From: a virus
Taxonomy: Duplodnaviria > Caudoviricetes
Direction: 5' to 3' (one strand)
Virus record (IMG/VR): IMGVR_UViG_3300027921_000163
Span: 1-44,725 of that record
DNA length: 44,725 bases
The notes under the pieces are model-generated. The model did not search any database. It saw only the letters and a list, made by a program, of their open reading frames with translations, and was not told the origin of the DNA. Position numbers and translations under genes: made by a program. Shown here piece by piece: positions 34,872 to 42,882 of this stretch (positions are counted from its first letter, which is position 1; every line of letters starts with the position of its first letter).

Positions 34872-35296
34872 CACTTTGTCTCCCACGGCAGGTCTTCCGC
34901 CAGGTCGGCGAACGGACCACTCGCGTTGACGCGGGCCTGGGCCTTGCTCATCACTTCCAGGTAGGTGGTGACGATGGCGTTGACCACCGCCAGGGCCTCG
35001 GCCTCGCTGTAGTGGCCCAGGGGTTTGTCGAAGCCGATTTCGCCGGCTGCTTCCCCGAAGGGACGCAGGCAGGCTTTCATCGCTGTGGTTTCCATTGCGG
35101 TCGGATCAACCATGAACTGCTCCTCCCGCGCGGGCGCCTTGTCTTTCCAGAACCCATAGAGGGCATGGAAGGCGTCCTGACACCGGCGCGAACAGAAGAC
35201 CCAGTCGAGCGGCGCGGACCGGAGATCGCCGGGCTTGAACCGGGTATCCAGGTGGCCGAAGCCCCGCGCGGGGCGATTGCATATCCAGCATGGCAT
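34871..35296 (-). CDS. DUF6511-like zinc-finger protein
   Basis: CWIC...FCSRRCQ; acidic DLPW tail. Confidence 0.7.
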   Translation of the reverse strand: MPCWICNRPARGFGHLDTRFKPGDLRSAPLDWVFCSRRCQDAFHALYGFWKDKAPAREEQFMVDPTAMETTAMKACLRPFGEAAGEIGFDKPLGHYSEAEALAVVNAIVTTYLEVMSKAQARVNASGPFADLAEDLPWETK

Positions 35297-35308
35297 GCGC
35301 CCTCCCCA

Positions 35309-35962
35309 TTACTGCGCCCAGGCGGGCTTGCCGGCCACGGGGTACGCCGGGGCTACAGCGGGAGCTAACGCAGAAACTGCTGCTGGTGCCGCGATTGGTG
35401 CGGCGGGTGTCGCCCATTGGGGCGTGGCAACAGCCCTGGCAACCGGAGCCGCCATCGCCGCGCAGGCCATCAGGGTCTGGTACTGGACGTGGTCGGGTTC
35501 GATCACCTGTTTGATCACGTTGCGCAGTTCGCCGCGATCATCTTTCTCGACCGCCACCTGTACCGCGAATTCCAGACCGTCGAGATCGCCGAAGTCGTTG
35601 ATGCGACGGGCTGCCACCGCTTGCGGTGTGCTGTCGACGGGATGCACGCCGCGCGCGCTGTTGAGCATTGCCCGGATCGTGGCCTTCCCCATGTCTCCCC
35701 ACGTTTTGCCTTTGGGGCTCCACAGGCCGGTCAGGCCGAAGAACTTGCGTTTGTGGAACTCGCCGCAAACGACCGTGTATTCACAGTTCAGGTAGATCGA
35801 ACTGGTACGCTCGGACTGCGTCGGGGAGCCGTCATTCCAGCCTTGCGCCGGATCGGTGAATGCGCCCGGGCGAATGGTCTGCCTGACTTTCAGCAGCGTG
35901 CCGTGCGGGATGGGTTCGAAGCCGTCGTTTTGACGCGGTGCGTCATTGAAATCCATAGCCAT
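35309..35962 (-). CDS. Phage ssDNA-binding protein (DUF669-like)
   Basis: DFNDA..FEPIPHG, YLNCEYTV, Ala/Pro tail ending KPAWAQ; follows Sak4-like ATPase. Confidence 0.7.
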   Translation of the reverse strand: MAMDFNDAPRQNDGFEPIPHGTLLKVRQTIRPGAFTDPAQGWNDGSPTQSERTSSIYLNCEYTVVCGEFHKRKFFGLTGLWSPKGKTWGDMGKATIRAMLNSARGVHPVDSTPQAVAARRINDFGDLDGLEFAVQVAVEKDDRGELRNVIKQVIEPDHVQYQTLMACAAMAAPVARAVATPQWATPAAPIAAPAAVSALAPAVAPAYPVAGKPAWAQ

Positions 35963-35979
35963 GATGAGTTTTCTCCTGA

Positions 35980-36777
35980 TTAAGCGATGACCTGGCCGAG
36001 GCACTTGGCAATCAGCCGGTAAAGGTTGGGTTCTTCGATTGGGTCGAGCCGGCCTGATCGATCTTTCGCCGGCAGTCCCAAGGGGTTGTCCTGTTTGGTG
36101 ACCAGCACGCGCTTGGCACCCGATGGGCTCGGCTGCATGGTTAGCGTGACCAAGACGTCGACGACGCCAGGGAATTCAGCGGCGGTCTTTCCACCCTCGA
36201 GCTGAAGCTCGTAGGACTTCTGGTTCTTGTCGTCGGCTTTCTCGGTCAGGATCACGACGTAGACGAGATGCCTGTCCTGAACGTGCTGGAGCACGGAAAT
36301 GGCGGTGACCATTTCATTGGCGAGCAAACCGTAGGCCGCACGCATGTCCGGGCGGCCCTTGTCGGTCATGGCCTGCGGCTGGGCTTTGCACCAGGCAAGG
36401 CACAGTCGTGAAAGCGCAGACAGGCTGTCGATGACGATGTATTCGTAGCGGGCAAACTGCGAGAGGTCGCCCATCTCCTGGCTCACTCTGTTGTAATGCG
36501 CATCCGAGTAGGACTGACCGATGGCAGCAGTTGGCACTGGCTTGCTGATGGCAACGACCAGATCTCGAAATTGGTCCCAGGTCTGCGGGCGATAGACATC
36601 ACCAGGCCAAGTCGCCACCGACAAATCGCCGTCCTCGATCTCGACGTGCAGGGTCTGTTCTGGAGGCAGCGTCCATAGCAAGGATGTCTTGCCGATTCCG
36701 GGTACGCCCACCAACCCGAGCTTCAGGCTGCGTTTTCTGGCAAGGCGGTCTTCCGCCTTGATGAATGGCATGCTCAT
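35980..36777 (-). CDS. Sak4-like AAA_24 ATPase (recombinase)
   Basis: GVPGIGKT Walker A, IVIDSLS Walker B, AKDRSGRLD; TAATG coupling. Confidence 0.85.
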   Translation of the reverse strand: MSMPFIKAEDRLARKRSLKLGLVGVPGIGKTSLLWTLPPEQTLHVEIEDGDLSVATWPGDVYRPQTWDQFRDLVVAISKPVPTAAIGQSYSDAHYNRVSQEMGDLSQFARYEYIVIDSLSALSRLCLAWCKAQPQAMTDKGRPDMRAAYGLLANEMVTAISVLQHVQDRHLVYVVILTEKADDKNQKSYELQLEGGKTAAEFPGVVDVLVTLTMQPSPSGAKRVLVTKQDNPLGLPAKDRSGRLDPIEEPNLYRLIAKCLGQVIA

Positions 36778-37532
36778 TACGCGGCCTCCTTCAGCTGTTC
36801 GGTCACTTCCGGACGCCACAAAATCTGGTAACCGGAATGCCCGTTGCGTGAGTACGGCAGGGCCTCGCCCCAAGCACGGCCGGCGTCGGTCAATTCCCAC
36901 TCGTCCCGGTCGTTGCGCTCCTGATAACCCAAGGCCGCCAACCGGAGATTGACCGCTCGCGCTGACAGGCCGATTTGCTCACCGAGCTTGGTAGGGTTCA
37001 CCGCCGCCAGGGGTTCGTTGCACGCCGGCAGCGCTCGACGCATCGTTTCCACTGAAAGTCCGGTGTTTTCCTGGATGCAGGTGAGTGTGGCCGCCATCGC
37101 GATGCCCTGCTTGACGCCCGGCACCTTGGCCACCGCCTCGCCGATCAACAGAAGCGCGGTGACGCGATCCTGGGTCGGTGATGGCAATGCGGCGACAGAA
37201 CCGGGTACGGCATAGGCGCCGGTTTTGCGGATGGACGGCAGCACCTCGTGAGTGACCCAGCGCTTGAACCGCTTGGCCTCGGGCTTGCGGCTACCAAGGA
37301 TCAGTGCATACAGGCCAGATTCGTTGACCACCGCCATGTCCTGCTTGCCGCCAAGGGTGTCGATTGAACCGACACCCTTTTCGTCATCATCAAGACGCGC
37401 AAGAACATCGCGGTTGTTTCCGATGGTCAGTGCCGCGCAGGCATCGGCAGCAACAAACCAAGGCTCGCCGTCGTCCCCTGTCGTTACGCGGAGGTTGTGC
37501 GACTCGAAAGTGAAAGCGACGAGTTGGTTCAT
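36777..37532 (-). CDS. Bro-N domain antirepressor
   Basis: EPWFVAAD, VNESGLYALILGSRKPEAKRFKRWVTHEVLPSIRKTG. Confidence 0.92.
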   Translation of the reverse strand: MNQLVAFTFESHNLRVTTGDDGEPWFVAADACAALTIGNNRDVLARLDDDEKGVGSIDTLGGKQDMAVVNESGLYALILGSRKPEAKRFKRWVTHEVLPSIRKTGAYAVPGSVAALPSPTQDRVTALLLIGEAVAKVPGVKQGIAMAATLTCIQENTGLSVETMRRALPACNEPLAAVNPTKLGEQIGLSARAVNLRLAALGYQERNDRDEWELTDAGRAWGEALPYSRNGHSGYQILWRPEVTEQLKEAA

Positions 37533-37819
37533 TTCGTCACCTCCTCGGCGATCTGGCCAATCTGATCGGCGCCGACCGCGCCGTGCTTGCGGGCCTGTGC
37601 GTAGATGGATTCCAGCGCATCGCGGCGGCAGCTGATCGCGATGTTCTCGGCCTTCAGCGTCTCGACGGCGAAGGCGATCTCGTCGAGTGACGCATCCAGC
37701 AGGGGTTTGACGACGAGGTTGCGGTAGCGGTCGAAGTAGCAGATCTCGTCAGGCAGGAATTCGCCGCGATAGCTGCCAAGGTGGCGACGCAGTTTTTCAA
37801 ACATGGGATTGGCGCTCAT
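37529..37819 (-). CDS. Phage hypothetical protein (96 aa)
   Basis: CAGGAG RBS, ATGA overlaps at both ends. Confidence 0.65.
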   Translation of the reverse strand: MSANPMFEKLRRHLGSYRGEFLPDEICYFDRYRNLVVKPLLDASLDEIAFAVETLKAENIAISCRRDALESIYAQARKHGAVGADQIGQIAEEVTK

Positions 37820-38301
37820 TCGGAAATCTCCTGAACGAAGGCGAGGCGGAAGGACGCCTTGCCGGGTTTGACGGTGCGGGCGGCGGCGAACTGCTCCTTG
37901 AGCGCCGGTGGCCAGTTGTTGAACCGGGTTTCGGAAACCGACAGGTCGACGTCTATGTAGTCCTGGACTCGCTCGCCAGAGGCGGCGATGCGTTCGGCAA
38001 TTTCCGCGAGCCGCTTCTGGTCCCACGAGATGCGCTTGGGCAATTCGTAAGTCACGCGCAGCGGGCCATCGGAGAGATGCGACACGCCGAAGTCCCGGCC
38101 GGACTCCACCAGGGCGGCGCGCCCCTGCTCGCCGTAGCGTTGCTCCAGTGCGGTATTGACCCGTTCGCGTGCTTGCTTCGCCCAGGCCATCAACTCGTTC
38201 AATCTGATGTCGAGTTCCTGAAGACGCTGCTGCGGCAATCCGGCAATCTGGCTGACAGACAGATCAGGGAAGTCGGCGGGGAAAATCATGAGATCGCTCA
38301 T
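37816..38301 (-). CDS. Phage hypothetical protein (coiled coil plus beta domain)
   Basis: GAGGAGG RBS; ISWDQKRL motif; early operon. Confidence 0.7.
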   Translation of the reverse strand: MSDLMIFPADFPDLSVSQIAGLPQQRLQELDIRLNELMAWAKQARERVNTALEQRYGEQGRAALVESGRDFGVSHLSDGPLRVTYELPKRISWDQKRLAEIAERIAASGERVQDYIDVDLSVSETRFNNWPPALKEQFAAARTVKPGKASFRLAFVQEISE

Positions 38302-38311
38302 GGCCGCCTCC

Positions 38312-38632
38312 TCACGCGAATGCCCGCTCGGACGTCGAGCGGTACAGGATGCGTTGTTCCCAATCCAGGACGCCGCCCTGGCCGTCTATCGGATAGCCGA
38401 CCTTTTTGGAGAATTTTGCGAACAGGGGGCCCCTGCCAAGACATCGCCATCGAGCGAGGGTCCTGGGGGAAAGATTCCACCGGTTAGCGAGTTCAGCTTC
38501 AGTTAGAAAGCGTCGCTCTGCTGATGCTGAGGACGCTGGAATCGACATCGGAGAGATGCGATTTGTCGTGACGTCTTCGAGTGGTCGCGGTTGTGCGCCG
38601 ACACCCAAAGACTGGGGCGATGTGTTGACCAT
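38312..38632 (-). CDS. AlpA/Xis-like HTH protein, first early gene
   Basis: LTEAELANRWNLSPRTLARWR..GRGP; AAGGAG RBS before ATG 38632. Confidence 0.85.
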   Translation of the reverse strand: MVNTSPQSLGVGAQPRPLEDVTTNRISPMSIPASSASAERRFLTEAELANRWNLSPRTLARWRCLGRGPLFAKFSKKVGYPIDGQGGVLDWEQRILYRSTSERAFA

Positions 38633-38725
38633 TGCCAGTCTCCTTTCCCACAAGGGGTCGGGCGCGACCGGTGGTCAGTCCTGTACTGACCAAGGAAGCC
38701 GGATCGCGCCTTCATCAGGGAAGGC

Positions 38726-38763
38726 GCTACATCCGGCGTAGCAAATGCTACATGGGGCGTAGC
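38726..38763. promoter_or_regulatory. Tandem palindromic operator pair GCTAC-N7-GTAGC
   Basis: GCTACATCCGGCGTAGC (38726) and GCTACATGGGGCGTAGC (38747), 21-bp period. Confidence 0.7.
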
Positions 38764-38787
38764 ATCGAAAATTTTTCGGGTAATCGC

Positions 38788-40911
38788 TTACTTCGTGGCA
38801 AGCGTTGCTGAAGCACGCACCTCCCACACCACATCTGTCCCAGGCTGATAAACCGTTTCGTAGCCGAACTTGATTGATCCTGTCAGGTGCTCCGCTAATG
38901 GCTTGTCGTATCTTTCGATGGTGGTAATTGCGCGCTTAACAGCACTGCGAAAGGCATCCAGAACGTTCTTGCGCGTGTCCTTGGTTTTGCGCAGGCGGCC
39001 CTTCGTACCCGTGGCCTCGCTGATGGCGCGGGCCACCTGGATGATTTCCTCCTCCAAGTCAGCCACTTGTTCTGCATCGCCATTTCCTCTGGCTTCCTCG
39101 ACTTCGAGCAGGAGTGCCTTTGCTCGCGCCTTGTATTGCAGAACGGCTTTGCGGTCGGCCACCACACCTGCGTCACCCAGCTGCACGCCTTGCGTTATTT
39201 GAAATCCCTCGGCCAAATCATCAGAGTCAGGCTGCGTCTTGAGCACAGCGTCGCAGTCATCAATGGCACAACCACAGGCGATCTCGAAGATCGATATCTC
39301 CTGTCGCGGGCGCGCCAACAAAATCTGGATGTAGCCGCAACCCTTGTTGACGTTCAACAGCGTGATCGGGTTGCGCGCGTTAAACCTGGCTTCCCATTCT
39401 TCACCTCGCCTACGGAAGAAGTTTGTCGGCAGTTCCACCTTCGCGGCTACCGCCGGCACGGAAATCACTGAGCCGGACTCATAAACAGTACGCAATAGGC
39501 AGTCGCCCGGCAGCGTCCGCTCGCGGATGGCCGTGACATTTCGGCTGTGTACCTTGTCGAGCGCCCACATGACCTCCTTGGCGTGGCGCTTGTAGAGGTC
39601 GAACACTCTCTGTGAGGTTTTGCTCGGTGGCCCATCAAGATGCCGAAGAACCCGGCTGACTTCGCTGTACCGGGCGATGAACTTGTTCACATCGGGGAGA
39701 CTGTCGACCTGATTGGCACGCTCCAGGTAGGCCGCGACCATGATCTTGTCGTCGTCCTTGTCCCGACTCTGGGTGAAGATGTCAGACTTGTAAGCCTCGA
39801 CCGGGTCAAACTCATCGGCCTTGGCCGCGATCACAGCAAAGCGCCGGTCTATGCACTGCGAGCAGGTGCCACAGTGGGTGTGCTGGTTGTTTGTCGTCCA
39901 GGTGTGGGTGCAGGTGGTTGATGCCGCAATCATGTCCTGGCAACCCGCCTTGGTGATCACTTCCACAACCTCGGCCTTGGTTTTCCAGATGAAGGGGTTT
40001 TCGATGGTGATAGGTGTACCAGCCACCAGGGAAATGATTTCCTGGAAGCCCTTCATAACCCGAGGATGGGTGGTGCGCGTAGCCCGGCCACCGACTACTT
40101 GTGCACACACTGGCAGGTTAAGGCTGATGACACCATTTTCGTAAAAACGCACACTTTTAAGGCCGAGCATCCGGGCGATGGTCGCGCCAATGGACATGTA
40201 GAGAAAGGAACGGCTGCGCTGGGTGTATTCGTAGTTCAAGTCCTTGTTCTTGTGCACCCGCACACTGATATGAAATGGCGCGTTTTCACCCGCCCGCTCA
40301 GCGAGCATGTTCTCCAGGGCATGGTGTCGCTTGCTCATCTTCTCCGTCGATTTGTGGGTGACCAACACAACCTTGCGTTTCTGGTTAAGCACTTCTTCGA
40401 TGGCCCCGCCGAGGGAGTCGAGACCGCCGGAGAACATCACCACCTGCTCCGGATCGCCTAACGGCTGCTCACCATTGTTGAAATCAAGGTAGTCCTGGAA
40501 TGGCTGTGCCTGCTCCAGTTGGCAAAAGTCGAATTGGTAGTTGTCGTCGGAGAGAAAGCCGAGAGTGGCGCACAAGGTATTGGTCATTTCGGAACTGCGC
40601 CAGAAGTCGGGTTTCCTGACCGGGATAACGAAATGTAGGTGGCGTCGCCAGCCATTGCCGAACGAGTCCACGTCATCGGCACCACGAGCGATGGCCTGAT
40701 CTGCGCTGTAGACGTAGGTGGCAATCTCCAGCAAATCCTGGAACTCCGCCGGCACGTCTTTGTACATCCGCTGGTGGATGTCCTCGATGCGCAGCGTGAT
40801 CTTGTCAGGCCCCTTGCCACCCAAAAGGCGCAGGCGTAAGTCGCGATCTGGGTCGAACACGACGCCATCGGCGGCTGTTCCACCGCAAAGAATGTAGCGT
40901 TCAGCCTGCAT
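38788..40911 (-). CDS. QatC/QueC-like PP-loop enzyme with C-terminal putative wHTH/coiled-coil domain
   Basis: FSGGLDS, QRSRSFLY, ENGVISLNLP, TRTTHP, KTKAEV, C..HCGTCSQC; extra domain of about 214 aa. Confidence 0.85.
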   Translation of the reverse strand: MQAERYILCGGTAADGVVFDPDRDLRLRLLGGKGPDKITLRIEDIHQRMYKDVPAEFQDLLEIATYVYSADQAIARGADDVDSFGNGWRRHLHFVIPVRKPDFWRSSEMTNTLCATLGFLSDDNYQFDFCQLEQAQPFQDYLDFNNGEQPLGDPEQVVMFSGGLDSLGGAIEEVLNQKRKVVLVTHKSTEKMSKRHHALENMLAERAGENAPFHISVRVHKNKDLNYEYTQRSRSFLYMSIGATIARMLGLKSVRFYENGVISLNLPVCAQVVGGRATRTTHPRVMKGFQEIISLVAGTPITIENPFIWKTKAEVVEVITKAGCQDMIAASTTCTHTWTTNNQHTHCGTCSQCIDRRFAVIAAKADEFDPVEAYKSDIFTQSRDKDDDKIMVAAYLERANQVDSLPDVNKFIARYSEVSRVLRHLDGPPSKTSQRVFDLYKRHAKEVMWALDKVHSRNVTAIRERTLPGDCLLRTVYESGSVISVPAVAAKVELPTNFFRRRGEEWEARFNARNPITLLNVNKGCGYIQILLARPRQEISIFEIACGCAIDDCDAVLKTQPDSDDLAEGFQITQGVQLGDAGVVADRKAVLQYKARAKALLLEVEEARGNGDAEQVADLEEEIIQVARAISEATGTKGRLRKTKDTRKNVLDAFRSAVKRAITTIERYDKPLAEHLTGSIKFGYETVYQPGTDVVWEVRASATLATK

Positions 40912-41689
40912 CGCTGCGCGCCCCTGCTTTAAGTTCGTCTTTCATTTTTTTTAGCGCGAAGGCAGCAAAGCCATCCGACGATTTCCTGGAAATTCCGCCA
41001 CCCTCTTCAAATCTGTGCTTGGAGAACCAGTCGGACGAGAATTGTTCGACGATCAGCGATGCCTCTCGGCAGTGTGTCGACAAGGCCGTTTCAAACTGGG
41101 CCTTCTCGTTCATCGTGGCAAAGCGCTGGCCTTCGCCCAGGTGGGTAGCCAAGGTCTTGCTGAGGAAATACTCCAGGCTTTCGTTGGTCAGCTTCGAATA
41201 GAACGAGCGGGAAAGCTCACCAAACTCGCGCTGTTTGCCCAGGGTCGCCAGTGCCGCCCGGACATCATTGGCAGCCGATGGAAACAGAGATGGCAGTTTG
41301 GGCGCCAGATGATCAAGCACTGCACCGATCAATGCACGTTGCGCGATATCGCCGAGGTCTGACCTCTTGGCTGTAGATTCCAGCTTGCGATCCAGCGTGT
41401 CGGAGATGGCCGCAGCGACGTCTGATAAGGTGGCGTTGGCCGGCAGAGAAACGCCCAACGAATTCATGTGCTCAGTAAAGTCAGGTTTCTTGGCTGCAAT
41501 GGCGAGTTGGGCCATCAGCCATACTGCTTCGGTATAGCCGTGGTCGTTGAGAACAAAGGAGAACGCTTTCTCCGCCGCGTTGATGGTGGCATTGGCAATC
41601 TGGGAGACATTCGCACCGGCCGTGATCAGGCCAACCACTTCCTTCCATGCCTTCGATCTTGGAAGAAGTCCAAGTCGGACATGTCCCAT
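40901..41689 (-). CDS. Helical hypothetical protein, candidate QueC partner/substrate (QatB-analogous)
   Basis: Starts MGH; overlaps the QueC-like gene start; GGGAG RBS. Confidence 0.65.
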   Translation of the reverse strand: MGHVRLGLLPRSKAWKEVVGLITAGANVSQIANATINAAEKAFSFVLNDHGYTEAVWLMAQLAIAAKKPDFTEHMNSLGVSLPANATLSDVAAAISDTLDRKLESTAKRSDLGDIAQRALIGAVLDHLAPKLPSLFPSAANDVRAALATLGKQREFGELSRSFYSKLTNESLEYFLSKTLATHLGEGQRFATMNEKAQFETALSTHCREASLIVEQFSSDWFSKHRFEEGGGISRKSSDGFAAFALKKMKDELKAGARSDAG

Positions 41690-41722
41690 GCCGATCTCCC
41701 TATTATCGCTTGATGCTCATCG

Positions 41723-41959
41723 TCATGACTCGTGCCGTTTGATGACGACGAGACTCCGGGCTTTTCTCGCTTCTTTCTTCAAATACCCTTTTCTTACCAG
41801 CTGGACGATCTGTTCATGAGCACTGGCGTGACTTATGCCCAGCGCTTCCGACAGCTCCTTAACCGTGGGAGGAAGCCCGTTGATGTCCAGGATGTCGCAG
41901 ATCATTCGCAGTGTTCTGGCCTGCGGATCGGTTATTCCTGAGATCTTTTGCTTGCCCAT
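41723..41959 (-). CDS. LexA-type DNA-binding domain-only repressor
   Basis: TDPQARTL...GLPPTVKELSEALGIS...LVRKGYL..EARKARSL; no S24 peptidase domain. Confidence 0.85.
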   Translation of the reverse strand: MGKQKISGITDPQARTLRMICDILDINGLPPTVKELSEALGISHASAHEQIVQLVRKGYLKKEARKARSLVVIKRHES

Positions 41960-41983
41960 GGGATTGTTCCGCGCCGATGCTCA

Positions 41984-42012
41984 AATATAAGACCTGATAA
42001 AAATCAGGTCAA
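41984..42012 (-). promoter_or_regulatory. Sigma70 promoter with overlapping palindromic operator
   Basis: TTGACC-17-TATATT; GACCTGAT-AAAA-ATCAGGTC at 41991-42010. Confidence 0.8.
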
Positions 42013-42226
42013 TCATGTTCGTTCGTGATGGATGGCGGCGTGGAGTCTAGGTAGGAGCGCCTTGGGGGTCATCTCGCGCAATCGCTTCCGTCCATCAATA
42101 TTGGTTCCAGCAATGTGATCGTATCGCCATCAGAGACGCCGATCACTCTCCTACGCTCACCCACTCCAAAACGGGATACTCCGACCCACTTGCGGTCATA
42201 GTATCCGTGACGGTCTGAACAACCTC

Positions 42227-42427
42227 ATGGATACCGAAATGACCGTCGAACATACGCCCCCCGAACATCTGTCGCCCCGCGAACGCGCCCGAGAGGCCGC
42301 ATCGATCCTGGCTTTGGCCATTGCGCGACTTCACTCGACCTTGCCCAGAGACAGCGCTGTTCCGCTTGGCTTCTCGGCACCCGAGCGCCTTCATACAAAC
42401 CCCTCTCAACCAGGAGTTTCCAAATGA
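42227..42427 (+). CDS. Small hypothetical protein upstream of DUF2924
   Basis: PPEHLSPRERAREAASILALAIARL helix; ATGA coupling. Confidence 0.55.
   Translation: MDTEMTVEHTPPEHLSPRERAREAASILALAIARLHSTLPRDSAVPLGFSAPERLHTNPSQPGVSK
42364..42394 (+). promoter_or_regulatory. Sixth, diverged copy of the 31-bp motif
   Basis: GCTTGGCTT-N9-CGAGCGCCTTCAT (3 mismatches), ending 29 nt before ATG 42424. Confidence 0.7.
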
Positions 42428-42882
42428 AGGCATCCAGCCAAACACCCACCTTGGCGGCCCGCGTGGCGGCGCTGCCGAAGTTGCCCATGAAGGATCTGTG
42501 GTCACTGTGGGACAAGTATTTCCTGCGCCGCCCGTCGCATCACAATCGTAACTACGTCGAAGGCCGCGTCGCTTACAAACTACAGGAGGAGGCGCTCGGT
42601 GGCCTCGCGCCGGACGCGCGCAAGCAGTTGATCCGCATCGGCGAGGCCCAATCGAATCTGAAAACCCGCCGCGCCACCGAGGTGCGCGTAGTCCCCGGCA
42701 CTGTACTGGTTCGAGAATTCGACAACCGCGAGCATCGTGTCACGGCCCTGGCCGATGGGGGTTTTGAATGCGAGGGGAAACGATTCAGGAGTCTTTCCGC
42801 CGCCGCCCGGCACATCACCGGCACCCAGTGGTCAGGCCCGGTGTTCTTCGGCCTGATCAAAACCGTGCGGAGGCCCAAATGA
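42424..42882 (+). CDS. DUF2924 domain protein
   Basis: AYKLQEEALGGL, PGTVLVRE, SLSAAARHITGTQWSGPVFFGL. Confidence 0.9.
   Translation: MKASSQTPTLAARVAALPKLPMKDLWSLWDKYFLRRPSHHNRNYVEGRVAYKLQEEALGGLAPDARKQLIRIGEAQSNLKTRRATEVRVVPGTVLVREFDNREHRVTALADGGFECEGKRFRSLSAAARHITGTQWSGPVFFGLIKTVRRPK

Noticed and set aside
38788-40911. Phage 7-deazaguanine DNA modification (dpd) or housekeeping queC
   Set aside because: No dpdA, folE, queD or queE in the window; length and motifs are QatC-like
38788-41689. Complete qatABCD system
   Set aside because: No KAP ATPase or TatD gene; partner similarity to QatB is only positional plus Gly2
41991-42010. Host SOS box
   Set aside because: Spacing is CTG-N8-CAG rather than the canonical CTGT-N8-ACAG
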